Below, piece by piece: positions 28,080-38,167 of a stretch of DNA of 38,262 nt. The notes beneath the pieces are model-generated. The model was given only the letters and a program-made list of their open reading frames with translations, was not told the DNA's origin and did not search any database. This DNA comes from Fidelibacterota bacterium (GTDB lineage: Bacteria; Fidelibacterota; Marinisomatia; Marinisomatales; JABMOV01), in contig JBHHUC010000016.1 in NCBI GenBank assembly GCA_046861395.1, forward strand, positions 1 to 38,262, read 5' to 3'. Position numbers and translations under genes: made by a program. Positions within the stretch are counted from its first letter, which is position 1. Each line of letters starts with the position of its first letter.

Positions 28080-29627
28080 TCAGTAATTGACCGACAGGGA
28101 AGACACCAAGCTGTAGCGGGTATAGCCAGACTGGTACTGATCCACAGTATTGTCAACTTTTTCCCGGTCCACGGATTCCCGGGTGGCCGCCAGCGAAAAC
28201 CACATATTTTCAAAGAATTCATACCGTACCGTCCAGGTCATCACGGTGCGCGTTTCATACGGTGGCTGTAGAAACTGCTTTTGAATTCGGGTGGACGGCG
28301 GGTTGCCGAAAATGCGATCCCCGTCGCCGTGCAAGGTGCGGGTCAGGAAAAAATGATGCCAGAGATTATACCGTTGAAACCAATCACCACGGACCATGAA
28401 ACGCAAACTGTTGGGCTCCAGGTCATACCCCAGGGACTGACCATATAACTCATAATGGTTAGCTGTATCGCGGTGAGTGTAGACATAGGGTTCAACCCGC
28501 ACCGTTTCGACTGTCAGCAGTGTATTCTTTATCCCCAGTGGATCGGCCCATTGATGTCCCACCAGCAGGGTCCATTTATTGACATAATCTTTAAACCAGT
28601 CCTGACGAAAATCCATATCATCAACCATCAATTCAAGATAAGTGCGGGAATGGGGGAAAATCTGTCCGGAAAAATCGATGGCGGCCAGATTATTGTCGGC
28701 ATCTCCGGCCTGGACTTCGCTCATGACAAAGGGAACCAACGGATTTAAATAGACCAGTTCCAGATTGCGGTTATATACAATGGCCTCACTGACACCGAAA
28801 TTCAACCGGTTGAACAGCAGCACATCAAGACGATGAGCAACGTAGGTTCGGTTGGCTGCCAGAAATTCCTTACCGCCTCCCGCCGTCCGGTAGGGATAGA
28901 GTTTGTCCAGCGTCCCGTAAAGTTTTATGTAACGAAAGGGACCGAAATTGGCCGTGACATGAACATCGGGTAGGGAAAAATCCTGAATATCCAGCAGGAG
29001 ATGTCCGCTGGCAGCCGGTCCCCATCGCGGCTTATCACTACCGAAACTGATCCAACCCCATCCTGTACCCAGCATGACCTGTGATTCACTGGCATCACCG
29101 GCAATTGTGGTCTGAAAATCATGGGCTTTGATGGGAGCCAGAGAGGGGTCAATTCCGTAACCGGTTTTCAGATCAAGATTTCCAAGGTAAACAAAGGTCA
29201 TTAAATCCGTCTGGTAGGATAAGGATGGTCCGATATGGCCGCGGATATTTCCCCCGATATCCACTTTATAAAATGGTTGAAGCGAGGACGTCCCTCTGGC
29301 AATGCCGCCGAATTGAATATCCCCGAAAAAGGCAGACTGATTTCGTTCCAGCCGTACCAAATGACGGTCAAGATCGGAGAATTCATTCAAATAACGACGG
29401 ACCAGGACGGCCTGGGGGGACGGTAAACCGCCACGGTCGGCCCGGGATAAAATCATTTGCACTTCCCGGCGTGTGTATGGCTTCTGATAATGGTCGAACA
29501 ATCCGGAATTTGATGTTACAATGTAATCCAGAACTGTATAAACCGGATGACGCAGCGGTACATATTGGGACTGGGATAGCGCCAGTGAGACGAAAAACAG
29601 AAAGATGATATATTGATTTCTGCCCAC
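28080..29627 (-). CDS. Capsule assembly Wzi-like outer-membrane protein
   Basis: Signal peptide; HPVY..LD...KPYTR..V N-terminal helices; WGP...GHLLL, AHRLD, GVSEAIVY, YLNP, DNNL, YLELMVDD, PYVYTH; aromatic C-terminus. Confidence 0.75.
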   Translation of the reverse strand: MGRNQYIIFLFFVSLALSQSQYVPLRHPVYTVLDYIVTSNSGLFDHYQKPYTRREVQMILSRADRGGLPSPQAVLVRRYLNEFSDLDRHLVRLERNQSAFFGDIQFGGIARGTSSLQPFYKVDIGGNIRGHIGPSLSYQTDLMTFVYLGNLDLKTGYGIDPSLAPIKAHDFQTTIAGDASESQVMLGTGWGWISFGSDKPRWGPAASGHLLLDIQDFSLPDVHVTANFGPFRYIKLYGTLDKLYPYRTAGGGKEFLAANRTYVAHRLDVLLFNRLNFGVSEAIVYNRNLELVYLNPLVPFVMSEVQAGDADNNLAAIDFSGQIFPHSRTYLELMVDDMDFRQDWFKDYVNKWTLLVGHQWADPLGIKNTLLTVETVRVEPYVYTHRDTANHYELYGQSLGYDLEPNSLRFMVRGDWFQRYNLWHHFFLTRTLHGDGDRIFGNPPSTRIQKQFLQPPYETRTVMTWTVRYEFFENMWFSLAATRESVDREKVDNTVDQYQSGYTRYSLVSSLSVNY

Positions 29628-29630
29628 GAT

Positions 29631-30731
29631 TTATTTCCAGCGGAATTTACCGATAAATCCCATCACACCGACGACAGGAATGTACAACGGTTGCAGCAAA
29701 GCCCAGACGGCAAAAGACCGGACATTCAGCGGAACCCGAAATTGCCGAGCCCCGAAAAAGATGACGGAACCTTCCAGGATCAGTTTTACCAATAGAATCA
29801 GACTGGTTCCCAGTCGAAGGACCGGGAAAAACAGGGCTGGAATTATTGCAGTATTGCTGATAAAAGCGGAAATCAGAAACAGGAGAAACAGCGGTTTGGT
29901 GGTTTCCAGCCCCCGGGAATTTGAGGCCCAGCGAATCCGCTGTTGCAGAAATTCACCCAGGCTTTCCTTGGGATTCGTACGTACGAAACTACCGGGGTCG
30001 GAGTTGAAAGTAACCGGAGCAATGCGTGAAATAGCCTGAACCAAGTATACATCATCTCCGGAAAGACGATGGGCGCAGGGTATAAAACCATTGATTTTTT
30101 CGAAGGCTTCCGTGCGATAGGCAATATTCTGACCGGAACCGGACCAGGCCAGTCCATGTCCGATCACACCGGCATTGGCGGTCATTAAGGCCAGAAAGTC
30201 CACCCGCTGATAATTCTGTAATAGGCTACCATCGGATGTGGTGGTGGAAAAACCGACACAAAGTCCGGCGGTGGTTCCCAGTGCCTGAACCATGGAAGCA
30301 ATCCATGTATTGGGGACAACACAATCGCCGTCGGTGGAAAGGATGATTTCTCCCTTGGCCTTCCAGATAGCCTGAGTCAGAGCCCGTTTTTTCGGTGTCA
30401 TGTCGGGCGCAAGGTCCGTTATCCGGATTCCCTGAACCTGTCCGTGCTGCCGGGTGTATCGTTCAATGATCGCCCAAGTATTATCAGTGGATCTGTCATC
30501 TGAAACGAGGACTTCATAACGATCCGGAGGATAGGTTTGATCCGTCAGGGCGGAAAGCAATTGAGATAAATTTTTTTCCTCGTTGCGGGCCGCAATAACC
30601 ACGGAAACAAAAGGTAAAACCGATGTGATGTGTTGCGTTGGACGCAACCGGCGCAACCCCGTCAGAATAAAAAGAATGAATAAGGCATACAGACCCGCAC
30701 CAAGGAGTGCGACCGTGGTAAAGGGAATCAT
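29631..30731 (-). CDS. Glycosyltransferase family 2, membrane-bound
   Basis: VSVVIAARNEE, DDRSTD, KKRAL, TDGDC (DxD), SGDD and QRIRW; N- and C-terminal TM helices. Confidence 0.92.
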   Translation of the reverse strand: MIPFTTVALLGAGLYALFILFILTGLRRLRPTQHITSVLPFVSVVIAARNEEKNLSQLLSALTDQTYPPDRYEVLVSDDRSTDNTWAIIERYTRQHGQVQGIRITDLAPDMTPKKRALTQAIWKAKGEIILSTDGDCVVPNTWIASMVQALGTTAGLCVGFSTTTSDGSLLQNYQRVDFLALMTANAGVIGHGLAWSGSGQNIAYRTEAFEKINGFIPCAHRLSGDDVYLVQAISRIAPVTFNSDPGSFVRTNPKESLGEFLQQRIRWASNSRGLETTKPLFLLFLISAFISNTAIIPALFFPVLRLGTSLILLVKLILEGSVIFFGARQFRVPLNVRSFAVWALLQPLYIPVVGVMGFIGKFRWK

Positions 30732-32101
30732 ATCATTGGTAATAATATGGCTGCAATCAGGAAGTAGAGGGATACACCCAGAATATCAATGCTGGTCGTT
30801 ACAAACGGTCCCGTGGCGATGGCCGGGTCTACATCCAGTTTACGAAGGAAAATCGGCATGATGGTCCCCATCAGGGTAGAAATCAACATGGTGATGCAAA
30901 TGCTTAGTCCGGCGACTAATCCCAAGGCCGGAGGAGCATCCAGGTACCTGTAATGAGCGAACAGGGACAGCATGAGGCCATAAACCGCCCCGAGGATTAA
31001 ACCTACCCGTAATTCTTTGAAAATAATCTTGAAATCATTGCCCCCATCAATGCGTCCCGTGGCCATTCCCCGGACGACGATGGTTGAGGACTGGGTACCG
31101 ATATTTCCGCCCATTCCTGCGATGATGGGAATAAAGGCGGCCAGGGCGATCACTTCATTTAATAATTGTCCGAAAGCACTGACAATGAGGGACGCCACCA
31201 GACCCCCGACCCAGGTGGCAAAGAGCCAGGGAAACCGCAGCCGGGATTCTTCCAGGGTTGATTTGAGCAAAATTTCCCTATCTTTACCGGCTCCCGCCAT
31301 TTGCAGGAAGTCTTCGGTGGCCTCTTCCCGGATAACATCCACCACATCATCCACCGTAACGATACCCAGGAGATGATTATCACGATCAATGACGGGAACC
31401 GCCACATAGTTGTAGCGGGATACCAACCGTGCCACTTCTTCCTGATCCGTTTCGGCCCGCACGGAATGCACATTTTTTATCATGACATCTTCAAGGCGGG
31501 CTTCGGGCGGTGTGGTGACCAGATCGCGCAGGGAAATAACACCCACCAGCTGGTTATCATCATCTGTAACATAGAGATAGAATACCATTTCGGCCCCCTC
31601 CTGGTCCTGCAGGGCGTTGATGGCCTCCCGAGCAAGCGTATCCTTGTGTAGAGAAAATACGTCGGTGTACATCATGGAACCGGCACTGTCTTCCGGATAA
31701 GCCATTAATTCTTCCACCTCTTCCTGATCGTCGGCGTGCAGGAGACTCAAGATGGTGGAAGAAAGTTCTTCCGGTAATAAACCCAGAATCCGGGCCTGTT
31801 CATTGGAACCGATCTTTTCAAACATGCTGACAATTATTTCCGCTGTTTCTTCTTCCAGTAAAGAGGTGAGAATACCATCATCCAGTTCACTGAGGAAATC
31901 TTCTACCTCTTCTATTCGGGACACAATTTCGAAGACAGCTTTCTGTTCTTCATCCGTGAAATACCGGAACAGAATCGCCAGGTCTGCCGGGTGAGTTTTA
32001 TTAACCAGCTTGGCGATATTGGTGTGAGCATGCCTTCGTAATAAGCGGCGGAATGTGTCCCGGAGGACGGAAATTTCATGTCCATATAATTCTTTTCTCA
32101 T
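30728..32101 (-). CDS. mgtE: Magnesium transporter MgtE
   Basis: HPADLA N-domain, YPEDSAG..M, CBS pair (GIVTVDDVVD), GGNIGTQS and DPAIATGPFVTT..D. Confidence 0.95.
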   Translation of the reverse strand: MRKELYGHEISVLRDTFRRLLRRHAHTNIAKLVNKTHPADLAILFRYFTDEEQKAVFEIVSRIEEVEDFLSELDDGILTSLLEEETAEIIVSMFEKIGSNEQARILGLLPEELSSTILSLLHADDQEEVEELMAYPEDSAGSMMYTDVFSLHKDTLAREAINALQDQEGAEMVFYLYVTDDDNQLVGVISLRDLVTTPPEARLEDVMIKNVHSVRAETDQEEVARLVSRYNYVAVPVIDRDNHLLGIVTVDDVVDVIREEATEDFLQMAGAGKDREILLKSTLEESRLRFPWLFATWVGGLVASLIVSAFGQLLNEVIALAAFIPIIAGMGGNIGTQSSTIVVRGMATGRIDGGNDFKIIFKELRVGLILGAVYGLMLSLFAHYRYLDAPPALGLVAGLSICITMLISTLMGTIMPIFLRKLDVDPAIATGPFVTTSIDILGVSLYFLIAAILLPMI

Positions 32102-32892
32102 CGGACAACCTCCTTGGTTTGATGCAACAGTTTGAAACCAACAAACAGTGCAATAGATGCCAGGAATAGCCAGACTAGCGACACATGACCGCCGACGGCA
32201 TAGAATGTGTCGCCATCTTCCGGGATAAATTGGGTAATTAACAGAGCCAGAGCGTTATTCAATCCGTGCACAATCAGGCCGGGAATGATGGAATCGGTTT
32301 TCCAGGATAAATATCCCAGGACAAGGCCCAGAAGATAAATCTGGATAATCCAGAAGGGATTAAAATGTACCAGAGCAAAAACCATGCTTGTGACCAGAAC
32401 GGCCTTGGTAATGTCTAGCCAGTAAACTTCAAGCATTTGCTGTAGAAAGCCGCGAAATAGCAACTCTTCTCCCAGCGGTGCAATCACGATAATTGTAAAC
32501 CAGAGAATCATTGCCACGATCGATCCGTCAAAATACAATTGTGCCGAAATAGCCAGCATGGAATCAGGGGGCGGAATAATTATCGCGATTAACCGATCCA
32601 GTTCATCAACCCATATAATTAACCCTATGGCAATGAACAGGGTGGCAACCAGGACGTAACGGGAAACGGGAAGAAGGCGAAGATGAAAACGCATAGGCAG
32701 GTTTTTAACATGCAAATACCAGAGCACCGGAATAACCATAAATGATTGTCCCAATACGAGGGATAAAGCTTCGAACCAGCGCCGGTAGGACTCAGGTCCG
32801 TAGGTTGTTCCCGCATACCCCACCAGACCACCGACGACAAAGGCGGACACCAGCGATGCAAAGACCAACACGATGGCGGTTTTGACGGTCAT
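32098..32892 (-). CDS. CPBP (CAAX/Abi) family intramembrane metalloprotease
   Basis: APLGEELLFRG, FALVH and HGLNN motifs; multi-TM. Confidence 0.9.
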   Translation of the reverse strand: MTVKTAIVLVFASLVSAFVVGGLVGYAGTTYGPESYRRWFEALSLVLGQSFMVIPVLWYLHVKNLPMRFHLRLLPVSRYVLVATLFIAIGLIIWVDELDRLIAIIIPPPDSMLAISAQLYFDGSIVAMILWFTIIVIAPLGEELLFRGFLQQMLEVYWLDITKAVLVTSMVFALVHFNPFWIIQIYLLGLVLGYLSWKTDSIIPGLIVHGLNNALALLITQFIPEDGDTFYAVGGHVSLVWLFLASIALFVGFKLLHQTKEVVR

Positions 32893-33015
32893 GTGGTTCA
32901 GGCTCCTGCAGGTTCATGGAAGAAATTACAAGCGATTTGAAGTAAATGGCAGGAAGAAAGTTGCTCAATATGAAATAGATTGAAATATTCACTTTCACCA
33001 AATTAATTTACGGGG

Positions 33016-33033
33016 TCAAATATTTGATATAAT
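33016..33033 (+). promoter_or_regulatory. Extended -10 promoter overlapped by a 12-bp palindrome
   Basis: TG-a-TATAAT at 33025-33033, 24 nt before ATG 33058; perfect palindrome TCAAATATTTGA at 33016-33027. Confidence 0.55.
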
Positions 33034-33057
33034 TGGAATCTAAATCATGAGGCAATC

Positions 33058-34266
33058 ATGAAAATGCTCACAATATACCTTTTGTTGCCATTCGCGCTAT
33101 TTGCCCAGACCTCCTTGGGGGCCGGAGACGTAGCCCTGCTGGGTGTTAATTGTGACAACCCCGATGATTTTGCTTTTCTCCTGCTGAAGGATATTACAGC
33201 CGGAACAGTATTGAAATTTACGGATGACGGTTGGCTTTCCACCGGCAGTTTCCGCGGCAGCGAAGGCACAAAGATCTATACGGCCAGTGCAGATGTTTCC
33301 GCCGGGAATGTCATTGTGTACAGCACCAGTTCGGACTTCACATCATCCGGCTCTTTTGCCCTATCAGCCTCAGGTGATCAAATTATTGTTTACCAAGGGG
33401 ATGCTGAATCACCAACCATGATTACCGCCCTGAACCTGGAGGGTGCAGCCGTGTGGCAGACCACCGCAACCAATGCCAATACTTCGGCTCTACCGACCGG
33501 ATTGACCAACGGGACGAACGCCATTGCCCTGACGGAATACGATAATGCGAAGTTTAACGGCAGTACATCATACGATTCGCCGGCCGCGGCACGGGCCGCT
33601 ATTTGTGATAATTCCAACTGGTCAGAGAGCAATTCCACCTCCTATAATTTCACAACTTTCGGTGATTTTTCACTTCCGGTGGAGCTGGGGTATTTCGAGG
33701 GACAGTTCATTGACAGGAAAATTCTGCTGACCTGGGTAACGGAATCTGAAACTGACAATACCGGGTTCATTCTGTATCGTGCCGTCTCAGATGGTCCATT
33801 AATGGAATGGGAAAATTACCGTAAAAATAGCTCCTTACGGGGCCAAGGATCGGTTTCCCACCGCACGGAATATCGCTACACAGATAACCGGATTAATTTA
33901 GGTGAAACGTATACGTATGTCCTAGCCGGGATCGATTATGCCGGCCGTGAGACAGTATTGGGTCATGTCACCGTTTCTGCCTTACCGGATCAACCATTGG
34001 TCAAAGCATCCTATCCCAACCCCTTCAATCCTCGCACAACATTGGAATATTTTCTCCTGGAGCCGGATATGGTGACAATATCCATTCTGAATGTATTGGG
34101 ACAGCAGATTAAAACGGTGCGAAGAATCCATGAATCCGGTGGAAATTATCGATTTGTGTGGTCGGGGGAAAACGGAGTCGGGAAACCGTTGCCAAGTGGA
34201 GTTTATTTTATCCTGTTTCAGTGTCGCGCAACAAAGCAGGTACAGAAGATAATTTTATCGCGTTAG
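33058..34266 (+). CDS. Secreted protein with T9SS type-A C-terminal sorting domain
   Basis: Signal ending ALFA; N-terminal beta domain (GDVA..G.N.D..DDF.F.LL.DI.AGT...FTD.GW); LPVEL..F...L.W.TESE..N.GF Ig module; SYPNPFNP...N.LGQ.I...SGVYF...K C-terminal domain. Confidence 0.85.
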   Translation: MKMLTIYLLLPFALFAQTSLGAGDVALLGVNCDNPDDFAFLLLKDITAGTVLKFTDDGWLSTGSFRGSEGTKIYTASADVSAGNVIVYSTSSDFTSSGSFALSASGDQIIVYQGDAESPTMITALNLEGAAVWQTTATNANTSALPTGLTNGTNAIALTEYDNAKFNGSTSYDSPAAARAAICDNSNWSESNSTSYNFTTFGDFSLPVELGYFEGQFIDRKILLTWVTESETDNTGFILYRAVSDGPLMEWENYRKNSSLRGQGSVSHRTEYRYTDNRINLGETYTYVLAGIDYAGRETVLGHVTVSALPDQPLVKASYPNPFNPRTTLEYFLLEPDMVTISILNVLGQQIKTVRRIHESGGNYRFVWSGENGVGKPLPSGVYFILFQCRATKQVQKIILSR

Positions 34267-34274
34267 GGTGATTT

Positions 34275-35099
34275 TCAATCCCTGGGGCGGTGGCGTGACA
34301 GGCGTTTACTGGCTTCCTTGAGTCGCTGCTTTTCTTGGTCAGTCAGATTTTCAAACCCCACTTCATTGATTTTATCCAGGTAACGATTCATTTCTTTCTG
34401 TACTGTCCGAATATGCTGAATTCTTTTTTCCTGCCGCAGTGTTTTATACTCCACGATTTTCTGTCGTGCCTTGATGCCCAGGCGGGTCAGGTGAAAATCT
34501 TTCTTGAGATAAATATATCCGATAATCATTCCCGACAAATGGGTCATATGACTGATGCTGGAGACAGAATTGAATGATGATACGAAAGCGGCAGCCCCCA
34601 GAATTAACACCAGCCATTTTACACGAATCGGAATCAGGAAATACAGATAAACGATCCGATTGGGGAAAAGCATGCCATAGGCCATTAAAATACCATAAAT
34701 GGCTCCGCTGGCTCCGATCAGTACGGCATAGGGTCCACCGATATTGAATACTGTCCAGACCAGCCCCGACCCGATTCCACAGACAAAATAATAGCGCAGA
34801 AATTGTATTTTCCCCCAAATCATTTCCAATTCCGATCCAAACATCCACAAAACCAGCATGTTTATGCCGATATGCCAGATATCTCCGTGGATAAACATAT
34901 ACGTGATTGGCTGCCAGATCATGGGCCAGATGGTGCGGGGTGACAAGCCCAGGGCACCGGAAAAATCCACATACCCGGCCGAAATTACCTTGAGAATAAA
35001 CATGACAACATTGATACCAATCAAGATTTTTATGGCATTCGTCATGAACTTGGGTCGCCAGGTGTGCTGGCCGAATTCGGACTGAAATTGGTACCGCAT
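34275..35099 (-). CDS. Rhomboid family intramembrane serine protease with soluble C-terminal helical domain
   Basis: WQ.ITYMF.H...HI..NM..LW.FG..LE, GASG catalytic Ser, HLSG catalytic His; C-terminal ..LDKI...G...LT..EK..L tail. Confidence 0.92.
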   Translation of the reverse strand: MRYQFQSEFGQHTWRPKFMTNAIKILIGINVVMFILKVISAGYVDFSGALGLSPRTIWPMIWQPITYMFIHGDIWHIGINMLVLWMFGSELEMIWGKIQFLRYYFVCGIGSGLVWTVFNIGGPYAVLIGASGAIYGILMAYGMLFPNRIVYLYFLIPIRVKWLVLILGAAAFVSSFNSVSSISHMTHLSGMIIGYIYLKKDFHLTRLGIKARQKIVEYKTLRQEKRIQHIRTVQKEMNRYLDKINEVGFENLTDQEKQRLKEASKRLSRHRPRD

Positions 35100-35956
35100 C
35101 AGATGTTTACCTTTAAAGATCGAAAGCGGATTCGGTTCCGGGGATTCATCAATGGCGCCAGGGCACTTGGCGGTGCTTCTTCCACCATGAGTTGGGGGCG
35201 CAGGAAAAAACGGGTATCCAGGGCGGATTCGCGCCTCAGGTGGAAAGCGGTATTCACAAAAAGATCACGAGGCAGCACGCCGGCGATTTGTGTATAACCC
35301 AAGCGACGGAAGGCATCACGTATAATGGTGGAACAACTGCGATTAAAAAAGCTAAAATCCGGATATTTTTCCGGCCGCGCAGGATGCGGTGGTGTAGCAT
35401 GGATAATTTCCAGCTCATGATTGAGGATGGCCGACAGTTGTTCCGTATCCATTCCGTATATTCTCAGGACGTGTATTGTTCGCATAAAATTCCGTCCGAA
35501 TTTATCAAAATATGCTCGGCCATCGTCTTTTATTTCAAATTTTCCCGTATCCGGAGACGGGGCAAATTCTCCCAGCGCCGGTCGATAAAAATATTCTTCC
35601 GGTGCCATAATTTCATTTTCATTGATTAGATGGGAAAAATTATAAATATGTCCGTTGACATTGATGGCATTATGCCCGAAAAAGGAGGCCGGATATTTTA
35701 CCAGTCGTTCATTAAAGTAAAATTCCACAAAGGCATTGTCCGGAACCGGTTCCCGGGGCCACATAATCAAGATGGGTTCCCGGTTTTCATAATCTCTTTG
35801 GGGTAGGAAACGGGCATGGACATTCTGATTTGTCCAGTGTTTCAGATACCCCTGCCAGATCACCGTCGGTTCCAGGATAATATCACCGGCCTCATCAGCA
35901 ATCCAGGCCCGTTGACCGTCCCGGCGCAAAATTCCGCTATAAAGCTCTTCGGTCAT
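35099..35956 (-). CDS. Hypothetical protein; putative permuted papain-like (DUF4105/Lnb-N/PPPDE-like) Cys-His enzyme
   Basis: FFGHNAINV...IYNF followed about 110 aa later by FSFFNRSCSTIIRDA. Translationally coupled to both recO and the rhomboid gene. Confidence 0.6.
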   Translation of the reverse strand: MTEELYSGILRRDGQRAWIADEAGDIILEPTVIWQGYLKHWTNQNVHARFLPQRDYENREPILIMWPREPVPDNAFVEFYFNERLVKYPASFFGHNAINVNGHIYNFSHLINENEIMAPEEYFYRPALGEFAPSPDTGKFEIKDDGRAYFDKFGRNFMRTIHVLRIYGMDTEQLSAILNHELEIIHATPPHPARPEKYPDFSFFNRSCSTIIRDAFRRLGYTQIAGVLPRDLFVNTAFHLRRESALDTRFFLRPQLMVEEAPPSALAPLMNPRNRIRFRSLKVNI

Positions 35957-36630
35957 AATTGCCGCAATACATTTAGGGCCCTGATTTCCTGCAGGCCATC
36001 GATATGACGCCGGAATTGATTCAACAGAAATTCGGATATGATTTTTTTATCTTTGGGATTGACTGTCAGCCCCTGCCAGACGTCCGGTTGGCGGGTTTCC
36101 AGCATGGTGGCAATGATATGATAACTGGAGGGCTGCCGCAACAAGGACTGGACATCGGGTTGGTCCTCATCCCTGAGGTTTGGCATGAACCCCATGACGG
36201 TAAGCAAACGAAGCTGGTAATACCAATACAGAAGATTTTTTTGAACCGTTCCTTCATTGAATAAAGCAATAACGGTTATCAGATCATCAAAGAGGTCGGG
36301 GTGAGGATCGTAGTCGGTCATGGCTTTTTCCGTGATTTCCAGCAAGGCCAGCGCCAGGGTTACGGTCGTCAATTCTTCACTGAAGCGGGACCAGATTTGC
36401 AATAGTTCCACCTTCGATACGGTTTGAATATCACGGGAGTCCTTGTGAAAGTAAAGGAGATCAATATGGGCCAGGGGCTGAAAACAGGCCGCCAGTTGTG
36501 ATCCCTTGCGCCGGGCTCCCTTGGCAATGACACTGACCTTCCCTGTTTCGCGGGTAAATATGCGGGCAATGATACTGGTATCGCTGTAGGGAAAGCGACG
36601 GAGAACAAGGGCCGGGGTATGGATGATCAT
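35953..36630 (-). CDS. recO: DNA repair protein RecO
   Basis: ALVLR..PYSDTS.I..IFTRE.GK...IAKGARR...A..QPL OB fold; C-terminal LL...GF.P and H......AL.VL. Confidence 0.9.
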   Translation of the reverse strand: MIIHTPALVLRRFPYSDTSIIARIFTRETGKVSVIAKGARRKGSQLAACFQPLAHIDLLYFHKDSRDIQTVSKVELLQIWSRFSEELTTVTLALALLEITEKAMTDYDPHPDLFDDLITVIALFNEGTVQKNLLYWYYQLRLLTVMGFMPNLRDEDQPDVQSLLRQPSSYHIIATMLETRQPDVWQGLTVNPKDKKIISEFLLNQFRRHIDGLQEIRALNVLRQL

Positions 36631-36697
36631 GACAGCATTACCTTATGTCCGTCAATTTACAGTAACAATACCGGGCATTGCCACGGTCGAAAATTTT

Positions 36698-38167
36698 TTA
36701 ATATGCTTTGGCGTAGATAACTTCGTGAACTGCCGGCCGACCGCTGTAAATACATTTTAATCCACCCGGCTTTTCGTCAAACGGAATGCAACGGATTGTG
36801 GCTTTGGTTTCCTCTTTGATGGCAGCTTCCGTTTCTGCCGTACCATCCCAGCCACAGCGGATAAATCCGCCTTTGGTGGCGATAATATCCTTGAATTCCT
36901 GGTAGTCCGCGACGTGATGGGTATTGGTTTCACGAAAATCAAAGGCCTGTTGAAACAGGGAGTGCTGAATGGCCCCCAGTAGTTCCGGGATTTTCTGCTC
37001 CAGGTCGGCCACTGCCAGCTTCATCTTTTCTCCCGTATCGCGCCGGACCGCCATCACGGCATTGTTGCTAACATCACGAGGACCGACTTCCAGCCGTAGC
37101 GGCACCCCTTTCATTTCCCATTCATTGAATTTGAAACCGGGGGAATTCTTGGACCAGTCAACAAAAAGTCGAACCTGTTTTGTTTTCAGGGCCGATAAAA
37201 TCGGTTCCAGAAATGTTGCCACGACCTGTTCTGTTTCTTCGTTTCGGGCAATGGGTACAACCACGACCTGTACCGGAGCAATGCGGGGCGGGAGTCGCAG
37301 GCCCCTATCATCACCGTGGGCCAGAATTACCGCTCCGACCAACCGGGTGCTTACCCCCCAGCTGGTAGCATAGACCAATTCTTCTTCATTATTTTCATTC
37401 TGGAACGTGACGTTGAACGCCTTGGCAAAATTCTGTCCCAGATTATGCGACGTTCCGGCTTGAAGCGCCTTTTTATCACCCATCATGGCTTCGATGCAAT
37501 AGGTATGGACGGCACCGGCGAATTTTTCCACTTCCGTTTTGCGGCCGGTCAGGACAGGTAGGGCCAGATACTCTTCTGCCAGTGTTTTATATACTTCAAG
37601 CATGGTTCGTGTCTCGGCCTCGGCCTCTTCGGCCGTGGCGTGGGCCGTATGACCTTCCTGCCAGAGGAATTCGGTAGTGCGTAGAAATAATCGTGTGCGC
37701 ATTTCCCAGCGCACCACATTGGCCCATTGATTAATCAAGAGCGGCAGATCGCGGTAGGATTGAATCCACTTTTTGTACATGGACCAGATAACGGTTTCTG
37801 AAGTCGGTCGGACAATGATTTCTTCTTCCAGGGCCGAATCAGGATCAACGATAATGTTTCCCGTCTCATCGGCTTTCAGCCGCGTATGGGTCACAATGGC
37901 ACATTCCTTGGCAAATCCTTCGATATGAGCGGCTTCCTGGGCCAGGAAGGATTTGGGAATAAACAGCGGAAAATATGCATTGACATGACCGGTTTCTTTG
38001 ATCATCTGATCCAATGCGGCCTTGATATTCTCCCATAGGGCAAACCCGTAGGGTTTAATAACCATGGTGCCTTTTACCGGTCCGTAGTCCGCCAACCCGG
38101 CTTTGGTTATAACATCGGTGTACCAGGCGGAAAAATCCTGTTGTTGCGGTGTAACGCCTTTTGCCAT
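36698..38167 (-). CDS. proS: Proline--tRNA ligase (archaeal/eukaryotic type)
   Basis: [61 protein letters not shown]-terminal AKAY. Confidence 0.97.
   Translation of the reverse strand: MAKGVTPQQQDFSAWYTDVITKAGLADYGPVKGTMVIKPYGFALWENIKAALDQMIKETGHVNAYFPLFIPKSFLAQEAAHIEGFAKECAIVTHTRLKADETGNIIVDPDSALEEEIIVRPTSETVIWSMYKKWIQSYRDLPLLINQWANVVRWEMRTRLFLRTTEFLWQEGHTAHATAEEAEAETRTMLEVYKTLAEEYLALPVLTGRKTEVEKFAGAVHTYCIEAMMGDKKALQAGTSHNLGQNFAKAFNVTFQNENNEEELVYATSWGVSTRLVGAVILAHGDDRGLRLPPRIAPVQVVVVPIARNEETEQVVATFLEPILSALKTKQVRLFVDWSKNSPGFKFNEWEMKGVPLRLEVGPRDVSNNAVMAVRRDTGEKMKLAVADLEQKIPELLGAIQHSLFQQAFDFRETNTHHVADYQEFKDIIATKGGFIRCGWDGTAETEAAIKEETKATIRCIPFDEKPGGLKCIYSGRPAVHEVIYAKAY

Noticed and set aside
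756..28222. Longest-ORF starts at 756, 4268, 7439, 7949, 17315, 21728 and 28222
   Set aside because: They overlap neighbouring genes or precede the evident SD or signal peptide; downstream ATGs fit better.
36698..36900. Incomplete Zn-binding Cys set in the ProRS C-terminal domain and no Cys4 finger in RecO
   Set aside because: Zn-less variants of both proteins are common in bacteria; not unusual.
92..37561. Numerous 60-200 aa antisense or alternate-frame ORFs in the track
   Set aside because: They are shadows of well-supported genes and have no family motifs.
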